Assembly (NCBI RefSeq): GCF_009914755.1
Contig: NC_060939.1
From: the human T2T-CHM13v2.0 reference genome, Homo sapiens
DNA: 64,000 nucleotides
Reading direction: 5' to 3' (one strand)
Shown: in pieces, positions 1 through 13,363 of the stretch
How the letters are laid out: every line of letters begins with the position of its first letter
Numbering within the stretch: the stretch's first letter is position 1
Made by a program: the position numbers and the translations under genes
Notes under the pieces: model-generated
Told to the model about the DNA's origin: nothing
The model's input: only the letters and a program-made list of their open reading frames with translations
Database searches by the model: none

Positions 1-1430
1 CCAGTCCATTCCATTCGATTCCATTCCATTCATTTCAATTCCATTCCATTCCATTCCATTACATTCCACTTGATTCCTCTCCATTCCCTTCCACTGCATT
101 CCGTTCGATTCCATTCCATTGCATTGCATTCCATTCCATTGGATTGCATTCCATTCGATTCCATTCCATTCGAATCAATTACATAGCAATCCATTACATT
201 CGAGTCTATTCTCTTCCGTTCCATTCGATTTCGTTCCAATCCATTCGATTCCATTCCATTCGATTCCATTCCATACTATTGCATTCCATTCGATTACATT
301 ATATTCGAATAAGTTCCATTCAAGACCATTTCTTTTGAGTCCATTCTATTTGAGTCCATTCCCTTTGATTCCATAACATTTGAGTCCATTCAATTCCATT
401 CCTTTCGTTTCCATTCCATTTGATGCCATTCCATTCAATTCTGTTCTACTCGACTCCAATACATTCAATTCCATTCCATCCGATTCCATTACATTCTTTC
501 CATTTCTTATCCATTTCAAGCCATTCCACTCCATTCCATTCCACTCGTTTCCTTTCCATTCGAGTCCATTCCTCTCCAGTCCATTCCGTTCAATCCATTC
601 CATTCCAGTCCATTCCATTCGAGTCCGTTCCATTCCAGTCCATTCCATTCGAGTCAATTCCATTCCATTCGATGTCTTTCCATAACGATCCATTCCATTC
701 TATTCCTTTCGATTCCATTCCATTCTATTTCATTCCATTCGATTCCCTTCCATTGGACTCCTTTCCATTCGAGTGCATTCCATTCCGTTCCATTTCTTTC
801 CGTTCTGTACGATTCCTACCGTTCGATTTCATTTTCTTCCAGTCCATTCTTTCGCGTCCATTCCATTCCCTTTCACTCCATTCGATTCCATTCCACTCGA
901 TTCCACTTCGTTCCATTTCATTGCATTCCATTCTATTCAACTCTATTGCCTTCCATTCCATTCCATTCGATTACATTCCATGCGATTCCATTCGAAATCG
1001 AATCAATTACATTGCAATCCATTACTATTGAGTCCGTTTTATTCCAGTCCACTGCATTCTGGTCCATTCCATTTGATTCCATTCCATTCTATTCCATTCC
1101 ATACAGTTGCATTCCATTGGATTCCATGCTATATCTATAAATTCAATTCGAGACCATTGCTTTTGAGTCCATTCTATATGATTCCATTCCATTCAAGTCC
1201 ATTACATTTGGTTAAATTCCATTCCATTCGGTTCAATTCCATTCCATTCCATTCCCTTCCATTCCATTCCAGTTGATATCAATCCATTCGATTCCATTCC
1301 ATTCGAGCACATTCCATTCGAGTCCATTCCATTCGATGCCATTCCATTTGATTCTATTCCATTAGTCTCCATTCAATTCCATTAATCTCCATTCCATTCC
1401 ATTCTACTCCAACTGATTCCATTCCATTCT

Positions 1431-1490
1431 ATTCCTTTCCATTCCATTTCATTCCATTCCATTCCATTCCATTCCATTCCATTCCATTCG
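1431..1490 (+). repeat. Longest near-perfect (CATTC)n tract of the unit; length-variable microsatellite-like site
   Basis: Lies between TATTCCTTTCC and CGTGTCC. It differs by +5, -5, -10 or -20 bp among units. Confidence 0.85.
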
Positions 1491-1759
1491 TGTCCATTCC
1501 ACTCCAGTCCATTCCATTCGTATCCATTCCATTCCAGTCCATTCCATTTGTGTCCACTGCATTCCATTCCACTCCATTCCATATTATTCCATTACACTCC
1601 ATTCCATTCTATTACTTTCATTTCCATTCAATTCCATTCCATTTGATTCCATTCCACTCGGTTTCATTCCATTTGAGTCCACTCCATTCCATTCCATTCC
1701 ATTCAGTTCCATTCCATTCTGTTCCATTCCATTCCGTTCCATTACATTCCATTCCATTC

Positions 1760-1765
1760 GGTACC
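1760..1765. other. KpnI site GGTACC, once per unit (unit-defining restriction site); EcoRV GATATC at 1275-1280 also once per unit
   Basis: ATTCGGTACCATTCC is seen in each unit, including only once in the 2047 bp units. Confidence 0.93.
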
Positions 1766-4700
1766 ATTCCATATTGTTCCATTCGATTCCATTCGAATCC
1801 ATTCCATTCCAGTCCATTCCATTCGATTCCATTCCATTCATTTCAATTCCATTCCATTCCATTACATTACATTCCACTTGATTCCTCTCCATTCCCTTCC
1901 ACTGCATTCCGTTCGATTCCATTCCATTGCATTGCATTCCATTCCATTGGATTGCATTCCATTCGATTCCATTCCATTCGAATCAATTACATAGCAATCC
2001 ATTACATTCGAGTCTATTCTATTCCGTTCCATTCGATTTCGTTCCAATCCATTCGATTCCATTCCATTCGATTCCATTCCATACTATTGCATTCCATTCG
2101 ATTACATTATATTCGAATAAGTTCCATTCAAGACCATTTCTTTTGAGTCCATTCTATTTGAGTCCATTCCCTTTGATTCCATAACATTTGAGTCCATTCA
2201 ATTCCATTCCTTTCGTTTCCATTCCATTTGATGCCATTCCATTCAATTCTGTTCTACTCGACTCCAATACATTCAATTCCATTCCATCCGATTCCATTAC
2301 ATTCTTTTCATTTCTTATCCATTTCAAGCCATTCCACTCCATTCCATTCCACTCGTTTCCTTTCCATTCGAGTCCATTCCTCTCCAGTCCATTCCGTTCA
2401 ATCCATTCCATTCCCGTCCATTCCATTCGAGTCCGTTCCATTCCAGTCCATTCCATTCGAGTCAATTCCATTCCATTCGATGTCTTTCCATAACGATCCA
2501 TTCCATTCTATTCCTTTCGATTCCATTCCATTCTATTTCATTCCATTCGATTCCCTTCCATTGGACTCCTTTCCATTCGAGTGCATTCCATTCCGTTCCA
2601 TTTCTTTCCGTTCTGTACGATTCCTACCGTTCGATTTCATTTTGTTCCAGTCCATTCTTTCGCGTCCATTCCATTCCATTTCACTCCATTCGATTCCATT
2701 CCACTCGATTCCACTTCGTTCCATTTCATTGCATTCCATTCTATTCAACTCTATTGCCTTCCATTCCATTCCATTCGATTACATTCCATGCGATTCCATT
2801 CGAAATCGAATCAATTACATTGCAATCCATTACTATTGAGTCCGTTTTATTCCAGTCCACTGCATTCTGGTCCATTCCATTTGATTCCATTCCATTCTAT
2901 TCCATTCCATACAGTTGCATTCCATTGGATTCCATGCTATATCTATAAATTCAATTCGAGACCATTGCTTTTGAGTCCATTCTATATGATTCCATTCCAT
3001 TCAAGTCCATTACATTTGGTTCAATTCCATTCCATTCGGTTCAATTCCATTCCATTCCATTCCCTTCCATTCCATTCCAGTTGATATCAATCCATTCGAT
3101 TCCATTCCATTCGAGCACATTCCATTCGAGTCCATTCCATTCGATGCCATTCCATTTGATTCTATTCCATTAGTCTCCATTCAATTCCATTAATCTCCAT
3201 TCCATTCCATTCTACTCCAACTGATTCCATTCCATTCTATTCCTTTCCATTCCATTTCATTCCATTCCATTCCATTCCATTCCATTCCATTCCATTCGTG
3301 TCCATTCCACTCCAGTCCATTCCATTCGTATCCATTCCATTCCAGTCCATTCCATTTGTGTCCACTGCATTCCATTCCACTCCATTCCATATTATTCCAT
3401 TACACTCCATTCCATTCTATTACTTTCATTTCCATTCAATTCCATTCCATTTGATTCCATTCCACTCGGTTTCATTCCATTTGAGTCCACTCCATTCCAT
3501 TCCATTCCATTCAGTTCCATTCCATTCTGTTCCATTCCATTCCGTTCCATTACATTCCATTCCATTCGGTACCATTCCATATTGTTCCATTCGATTCCAT
3601 TCGAATCCATTCCATTCCAGTCCATTCCATTCGATTCCATTCCATTCATTTCAATTCCATTCCATTCCATTACATTACATTCCACTTGATTCCTCTCCAT
3701 TCCCTTCCACTGCATTCCGTTCGATTCCATTCCATTGCATTGCATTCCATTCCATTGGATTGCATTCCATTCGATTCCATTCCATTCGAATCAATTACAT
3801 AGCAATCCATTACATTCGAGTCTATTCTCTTCCGTTCCATTCGATTTCGTTCCAATCCATTCGATTCCATTCCATTCGATTCCATTCCATACTATTGCAT
3901 TCCATTCGATTACATTATATTCGAATAAGTTCCATTCAAGACCATTTCTTTTGAGTCCATTCTATTTGAGTCCATTCCCTTTGATTCCATAACATTTGAG
4001 TCCATTCAATTCCATTCCTTTCGTTTCCATTCCATTTGATGCCATTCCATTTAATTCTGTTCTACTCGACTCCAATACATTCAATTCCATTCCATCCGAT
4101 TCCATTACATTCTTTTCATTTCTTATCCATTTCAAGCCATTCCACTCCATTCCATTCCACTCGTTTCCTTTCCATTCGAGTCCATTCCTCTCCAGTCCAT
4201 TCCGTTCAATCCATTCCATTCCAGTCCATTCCATTCGAGTCCGTTCCATTCCAGTCCATTCCATTCGAGTCAATTCCATTCCATTCGGTGTCTTTCCATA
4301 ACGATCCATTCCATTCTATTCCTTTCGATTCCATTCGATTCTATTTCATTCCATTCGATTCCCTTCCATTGGACTCCTTTCCATTCGAGTGCATTCCATT
4401 CCGTTCCATTTCTTTCCGTTCTGTACGATTCCTACCGTTCGATTTCATTTTGTTCCAGTCCATTCTTTCGCGTCCATTCCATTCCATTTCACTCCATTCG
4501 ATTCCATTCCACTCGATTCCACTTCGTTCCATTTCATTGCATTCCATTCTATTCAACTCTATTGCCTTCCATTCCATTCCATTCGATTACATTCCCTGCG
4601 ATTCCATTCGAAATCGAATCAATTACATTGCAATACATTACTATTGAGTCCGTTTTATTCCAGTCCACTGCATTCTGGTCCATTCCATTTGATTCCATTC

Positions 4701-7700
4701 CATTCTATTCCATTCCATACAGTTGCATTCCATTGGATTCCATGCTATATCTATAAATTCAATTCGAGACCATTGCTTTTGAGTCCATTCTATATGATTC
4801 CATTCCATTCAAGTCCATTACATTTGGTTAAATTCCATTCCATTCGGTTCAATTCCATTCCATTCCATTCCCTTCCATTCCATTCCAGTTGATATCAATC
4901 CATTCGATTCCATTCCATTCGAGCACATTCCATTCGAGTCCATTCCATTCGATGCCATTCCATTTGATTTTATTCCATTAGTCTCCATTCAATTCCATTA
5001 ATCTCCATTCCATTCCATTCTACTCCAACTGATTCCATTCCATTCTATTCCTTTCCATTCCATTTCATTCCATTCCATTCCATTCCATTCCATTCCATTC
5101 CATTCGTGTCCATTCCACTCCAGTCCATTCCATTCGTATCCATTCCATTCCAGTCCATTCCATTTGTGTCCACTGCATTCCATTCCACTCCATTCCATAT
5201 TATTCCATTACACTCCATTCCATTCTATTACTTTCATTTCCATTCAATTCCATTCCATTTGATTCCATTCCACTCGGTTTCATTCCATTTGAGTCCACTC
5301 CATTCCATTCCATTCCATTCAGTTCCATTCCATTCTGTTCCATTCCATTCCGTTCCATTACATTCCATTCCATTCGGTACCATTCCATATTGTTCCATTC
5401 GATTCCATTCGAATCCATTCCATTCCAGTCCATTCCATTCGATTCCATTCCATTCATTTCAATTCCATTCCATTACATTACATTACATTCCACTTGATTC
5501 CTCTCCATTCCCTTCCACTGCATTCCGTTCGATTCCATTCCATTGCATTGCATTCCATTCCATTGGATTGCATTCCATTCGATTCCATTCCATTCGAATC
5601 AATTACATAGCAATCCATTACATTCGAGTCTATTCTCTTCCGTTCCATTCGATTTCGTTCCAATCCATTCGATTCCATTCCATTCGATTCCATTCCATAC
5701 TATTGCATTCCATTCGATTACATTATATTCAAATAAGTTCCATTCAAGACCATTTCTTTTGAGTCCATTCTATTTGAGTCCATTCCCTTTGATTCCATCA
5801 CATTTGAGTCCATTCAATTCCATTCCTTTCGTTTCCATTCCATTTGATGCCATTCCATTCAATTCTGTTCTACTCGACTCCAATACATTCAATTCCATTC
5901 CATCCGATTCCATTACATTCTTTTCATTTCTTATCCATTTCAAGCCATTCCACTCCATTCCATTCCACTCGTTTCCTTTCCATTCGAGTCCATTCCTCTC
6001 CAGTCCATTCCGTTCAATCCATTCCATTCCAGTCCATTCCATTCGAGTCCGTTCCATTCCAGTCCATTCCATTCGAGTCAATTCCATTCCATTCGGTGTC
6101 TTTCCATAACGATCCATTCCATTCTATTCCTTTCGATTCCATTCCATTCTATTTCATTCCATTCGATTCCCTTCCATTGGACTCCTTTCCATTCGAGTGC
6201 ATTCCATTCCGTTCCATTTCTTTCCGTTCTGTACGATTCCTACCGTTCGATTTCATTTTGTTCCAGTCCATTCTTTCGCGTCCATTCCATTCCATTTCAC
6301 TCCATTCGATTCCATTCCACTCGATTCCACTTCGTTCCATTTCATTGCATTCCATTCTATTCAACTCTATTGCCTTCCATTCCATTCCATTCGATTACAT
6401 TCCCTGCGATTCCATTCGAAATCGAATCAATTACATTGCAAACCATTACTATTGAGTCCGTTTTATTCCAGTCCACTGCATTCTGGTCCATTCCATTTGA
6501 TTCCATTCCATTCTATTCCATTCCATACAGTTGCATTCCATTGGATTCCATGCTATATCTATAAATTCAATTCGAGACCATTGCTTTTGAGTCCATTCTA
6601 TATGATTCCATTCCATTCAAGTCCATTACATTTGGTTAAATTCCATTCCATTCCATTCCCTTCCATTCCATTCCAGTTGATATCAATCCATTCGATTCCA
6701 TTCCATTCGAGCACATTCCATTCGAGTCCATTCCATTCGATGCCATTCCATTTGATTCTATTCCATTAGTCTCCATTCAATTCCATTAATCTCCATTCCA
6801 TTCCATTCTACTCCAACTGATTCCATTCCATTCTATTCCTTTCCATTCCATTTCATTCCATTCCATTCCATTCCATTCCATTCCATTCCATTCGTGTCCA
6901 TTCCACTCCAGTCCATTCCATTCGTATCCATTCCATTCCAGTCCATTCCATTTGTGTCCACTGCATTCCATTCCACTCCATTCCATATTATTCCATTACA
7001 CTCCATTCCATTCTATTACTTTCATTTCCATTCAATTCCATTCCATTTGATTCCATTCCACTCGGTTTCATTCCATTTGAGTCCACTCCATTCCATTCCA
7101 TTCCATTCAGTTCCATTCCATTCTGTTCCATTCCATTCCGTTCCATTACATTCCATTCCATTCGGTACCATTCCATATTGTTCCATTCGATTCCATTCGA
7201 ATCCATTCCATTCCAGTCCATTCCATTCGATTCCATTCCATTCATTTCAATTCCATTCCATTCCATTCCATTACATTCCACTTGATTCCTCTCCATTCCC
7301 TTCCACTGCATTCCGTTCGATTCCATTCCATTGCATTGCATTCCATTCCATTGGATTGCATTCCATTCGATTCCATTCCATTCGAATCAATTACATAGCA
7401 ATCCATTACATTCGAGTCTATTCTCTTCCGTTCCATTCGATTTCGTTCCAATCCATTCGATTCCATTCCATTCGATTCCATTCCATACTATTGCATTCCA
7501 TTCGATTACATTATATTCGAATAAGTTCCATTCAAGACCATTTCTTTTGAGTCCATTCTATTTGAGTCCATTCCCTTTGATTCCATAACATTTGAGTCCA
7601 TTCAATTCCATTCCTTTCGTTTCCATTCCATTTGATGCCATTCCATTCAATTCTGTTCTACTCGACTCCAATACATTCAATTCCATTCCATCCGATTCCA

Positions 7701-10700
7701 TTACATTCTTTTCATTTCTTATCCATTTCAAGCCATTCCACTCCATTCCATTCCACTCGTTTCCTTTCCATTCGAGTCCATTCCTCTCCAGTCCATTCCG
7801 TTCAATCCATTCCATTCCAGTCCATTCCATTCGAGTCCGTTCCATTCCAGTCCATTCCATTCGAGTCAATTCCATTCCATTCGATGTCTTTCCATAACGA
7901 TCCATTCCATTCTATTCCTTTCGATTCCATTCCATTCTATTTCATTCCATTCGATTCCCTTCCATTGGACTCCTTTCCATTCGAGTGCATTCCATTCCGT
8001 TCCATTTCTTTCCGTTCTGTACGATTCCTACCGTTCGATTTCATTTTGTTCCAGTCCATTCCTTTCGCGTCCATTCCATTCCATTTCACTCCATTCGATT
8101 CCATTCCACTCGATTCCACTTCGTTCCATTTCATTGCATTCCATTCTATTCAACTCTATTGCCTTCCATTCCATTCCATTCGATTACATTCCATGCGATT
8201 CCATTCGAAATCGAATCAATTACATTGCAAACCATTACTATTGAGTCCGTTTTATTCCAGTCCACTGCATTCTGGTCCATTCCATTTGATTCCATTCCAT
8301 TCTATTCCATTCCATACAGTTGCATTCCATTGGATTCCATGCTATATCTATAAATTCAATTCGAGACCATTGCTTTTGAGTCCATTCTATATGATTCCAT
8401 TCCATTCAAGTCCATTACATTTGGTTAAATTCCATTCCATTCGGTTCAATTCCATTCCATTCCATTCCCTTCCATTCCATTCCAGTTGATATCAATCCAT
8501 TCGATTCCATTCCATTCGAGCACATTCCATTCGAGTCCATTCCATTCGATGCCATTCCATTTGATTCTATTCCATTAGTCTCCATTCAATTCCATTAATC
8601 TCCATTCCATTCCATTCTACTCCAACTGATTCCATTCCATTCTATTCCTTTCCATTCCATTTCATTCCATTCCATTCCATTGCATTCCATTCCATTCCAT
8701 TCCATTCGTGTCCATTCCACTCCAGTCCATTCCATTCGTATCCATTCCATTCCAGTCCATTCCATTTGTGTCCACTGCATTCCATTCCACTCCATTCCAT
8801 ATTATTCCATTACACTCCATTCCATTCTATTACTTTCATTTCCATTCAATTCCATTCCATTTGATTCCATTCCACTCGGTTTCATTCCATTTGAGTCCAC
8901 TCCATTCCATTCCATTCCATTCAGTTCCATTCCATTCTGTTCCATTCCATTCCGTTCCATTACATTCCATTCCATTCGGTACCATTCCATATTGTTCCAT
9001 TCGATTCCATTCGAATCCGTTCCATTCCAGTCCATTCCATTCGATTCCATTCCATTCATTTCAATTCCATTCCATTCCATTCCATTACATTCCACTTGAT
9101 TCCTCTCCATTCCCTTCCACTGCATTCCGTTCGATTCCATTCCATTGCATTGCATTCCATTCCATTGGATTGCATTCCATTCGATTCCATTCCATTCGAA
9201 TCAATTACATAGCAATCCATTACATTCGAGTCTATTCTCTTCCGTTCCATTCGATTTCGTTCCAATCCATTCGATTCCATTCCATTCGATTCCATTCCAT
9301 ACTATTGCATTCCATTCGATTACATTATATTCGAATAAGTTCCATTCAAGACCATTTCTTTTGAGTCCATTCTATTTGAGTCCATTCCCTTTGATTCCAT
9401 AACATTTGAGTCCATTCAATTCCATTCCTTTCGTTTCCATTCCATTTGATGCCATTCCATTCAATTCTGTTCTACTCGACTCCAATACATTCAATTCCAT
9501 TCCATCCGATTCCATTACATTCTTTCCATTTCTTATCCATTTCAAGCCATTCCACTCCATTCCATTCCACTCGTTTCCTTTCCATTCGAGTCCATTCCTC
9601 TCCAGTCCATTCCGTTCAATCCATTCCATTCCAGTCCATTCCATTCGAGTCCGTTCCATTCCAGTCCATTCCATTCGAGTCAATTCCATTCCATTCGATG
9701 TCTTTCCATAACGATCCATTCCATTCTATTCCTTTCGATTCCATTCCATTCTATTTCATTCCATTCGATTCCCTTCCATTGGACTCCTTTCCATTCGAGT
9801 GCATTCCATTCCGTTCCATTTCTTTCCGTTCTGTACGATTCCTACCGTTCGATTTCATTTTCTTCCAGTCCATTCTTTCGCGTCCATTCCATTCCCTTTC
9901 ACTCCATTCGATTCCATTCCACTCGATTCCACTTCGTTCCATTTCATTGCATTCCATTCTATTCAACTCTATTGCCTTCCATTCCATTCCATTCGATTAC
10001 ATTCCATGCGATTCCATTCGAAATCGAATCAATTACATTGCAATCCATTACTATTGAGTCCGTTTTATTCCAGTCCACTGCATTCTGGTCCATTCCATTT
10101 GATTCCATTCCATTCTATTCCATTCCATACAGTTGCATTCCATTGGATTCCATGCTATATCTATAAATTCAATTCGAGACCATTGCTTTTGAGTCCATTC
10201 TATATGATTCCATTCCATTCAAGTCCATTACATTTGGTTAAATTCCATTCCATTCGGTTCAATTCCATTCCATTCCATTCCCTTCCATTCCATTCCAGTT
10301 GATATCAATCCATTCGATTCCATTCCATTCGAGCACATTCCATTCGAGTCCATTCCATTCGATGCCATTCCATTTGATTCTATTCCATTAGTCTCCATTC
10401 AATTCCATTAATCTCCATTCCATTCCATTCTACTCCAACTGATTCCATTCCATTCTATTCCTTTCCATTCCATTTCATTCCATTCCATTCCATTCCATTC
10501 CATTCCATTCCATTCGTGTCCATTCCACTCCAGTCCATTCCATTCGTATCCATTCCATTCCAGTCCATTCCATTTGTGTCCACTGCATTCCATTCCACTC
10601 CATTCCATATTATTCCATTACACTCCATTCCATTCTATTACTTTCATTTCCATTCAATTCCATTCCATTTGATTCCATTCCACTCGGTTTCATTCCATTT

Positions 10701-13363
10701 GAGTCCACTCCATTCCATTCCATTCCATTCAGTTCCATTCCATTCTGTTCCATTCCATTCCGTTCCATTACATTCCATTCCATTCGGTACCATTCCATAT
10801 TGTTCCATTCGATTCCATTCGAATCCATTCCATTCCAGTCCATTCCATTCGATTCCATTCCATTCATTTCAATTCCATTCCATTCCATTACATTACATTC
10901 CACTTGATTCCTCTCCATTCCCTTCCACTGCATTCCGTTCGATTCCATTCCATTGCATTGCATTCCATTCCATTGGATTGCATTCCATTCGATTCCATTC
11001 CATTCGAATCAATTACATAGCAATCCATTACATTCGAGTCTATTCTATTCCGTTCCATTCGATTTCGTTCCAATCCATTCGATTCCATTCCATTCGATTC
11101 CATTCCATACTATTGCATTCCATTCGATTACATTATATTCGAATAAGTTCCATTCAAGACCATTTCTTTTGAGTCCATTCTATTTGAGTCCATTCCCTTT
11201 GATTCCATAACATTTGAGTCCATTCAATTCCATTCCTTTCGTTTCCATTCCATTTGATGCCATTCCATTCAATTCTGTTCTACTCGACTCCAATACATTC
11301 AATTCCATTCCATCCGATTCCATTACATTCTTTTCATTTCTTATCCATTTCAAGCCATTCCACTCCATTCCATTCCACTCGTTTCCTTTCCATTCGAGTC
11401 CATTCCTCTCCAGTCCATTCCGTTCAATCCATTCCATTCCCGTCCATTCCATTCGAGTCCGTTCCATTCCAGTCCATTCCATTCGAGTCAATTCCATTCC
11501 ATTCGATGTCTTTCCATAACGATCCATTCCATTCTATTCCTTTCGATTCCATTCCATTCTATTTCATTCCATTCGATTCCCTTCCATTGGACTCCTTTCC
11601 ATTCGAGTGCATTCCATTCCGTTCCATTTCTTTCCGTTCTGTACGATTCCTACCGTTCGATTTCATTTTGTTCCAGTCCATTCTTTCGCGTCCATTCCAT
11701 TCCATTTCACTCCATTCGATTCCATTCCACTCGATTCCACTTCGTTCCATTTCATTGCATTCCATTCTATTCAACTCTATTGCCTTCCATTCCATTCCAT
11801 TCGATTACATTCCATGCGATTCCATTCGAAATCGAATCAATTACATTGCAATCCATTACTATTGAGTCCGTTTTATTCCAGTCCACTGCATTCTGGTCCA
11901 TTCCATTTGATTCCATTCCATTCTATTCCATTCCATACAGTTGCATTCCATTGGATTCCATGCTATATCTATAAATTCAATTCGAGACCATTGCTTTTGA
12001 GTCCATTCTATATGATTCCATTCCATTCAAGTCCATTACATTTGGTTCAATTCCATTCCATTCGGTTCAATTCCATTCCATTCCATTCCCTTCCATTCCA
12101 TTCCAGTTGATATCAATCCATTCGATTCCATTCCATTCGAGCACATTCCATTCGAGTCCATTCCATTCGATGCCATTCCATTTGATTCTATTCCATTAGT
12201 CTCCATTCAATTCCATTAATCTCCATTCCATTCCATTCTACTCCAACTGATTCCATTCCATTCTATTCCTTTCCATTCCATTTCATTCCATTCCATTCCA
12301 TTCCATTCCATTCCATTCCATTCGTGTCCATTCCACTCCAGTCCATTCCATTCGTATCCATTCCATTCCAGTCCATTCCATTTGTGTCCACTGCATTCCA
12401 TTCCACTCCATTCCATATTATTCCATTACACTCCATTCCATTCTATTACTTTCATTTCCATTCAATTCCATTCCATTTGATTCCATTCCACTCGGTTTCA
12501 TTCCATTTGAGTCCACTCCATTCCATTCCATTCCATTCAGTTCCATTCCATTCTGTTCCATTCCATTCCGTTCCATTACATTCCATTCCATTCGGTACCA
12601 TTCCATATTGTTCCATTCGATTCCATTCGAATCCATTCCATTCCAGTCCATTCCATTCGATTCCATTCCATTCATTTCAATTCCATTCCATTCCATTACA
12701 TTACATTCCACTTGATTCCTCTCCATTCCCTTCCACTGCATTCCGTTCGATTCCATTCCATTGCATTGCATTCCATTCCATTGGATTGCATTCCATTCGA
12801 TTCCATTCCATTCGAATCAATTACATAGCAATCCATTACATTCGAGTCTATTCTCTTCCGTTCCATTCGATTTCGTTCCAATCCATTCGATTCCATTCCA
12901 TTCGATTCCATTCCATACTATTGCATTCCATTCGATTACATTATATTCGAATAAGTTCCATTCAAGACCATTTCTTTTGAGTCCATTCTATTTGAGTCCA
13001 TTCCCTTTGATTCCATAACATTTGAGTCCATTCAATTCCATTCCTTTCGTTTCCATTCCATTTGATGCCATTCCATTTAATTCTGTTCTACTCGACTCCA
13101 ATACATTCAATTCCATTCCATCCGATTCCATTACATTCTTTTCATTTCTTATCCATTTCAAGCCATTCCACTCCATTCCATTCCACTCGTTTCCTTTCCA
13201 TTCGAGTCCATTCCTCTCCAGTCCATTCCGTTCAATCCATTCCATTCCAGTCCATTCCATTCGAGTCCGTTCCATTCCAGTCCATTCCATTCGAGTCAAT
13301 TCCATTCCATTCGGTGTCTTTCCATAACGATCCATTCCATTCTATTCCTTTCGATTCCATTCG

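Larger units (their letters stand above)
346..2153 (+). repeat. Representative 1808 bp unit (U1)
   Basis: Landmarks GTTCTGTACGATTCCTACCG, TTTCGCGTCC, GCTATATCTATAAATTC, GATATC and GGTACC each recur 1808 bp later, and the ORF track repeats with the same offset. Confidence 0.97.

Noticed and set aside
1128-1146. TATA-like GCTATATCTATAAATTC once per unit
   Set aside because: It is a decayed homolog of CATTATATTCGAATAAGTTC in the other half of the dimer, with no supporting promoter context.
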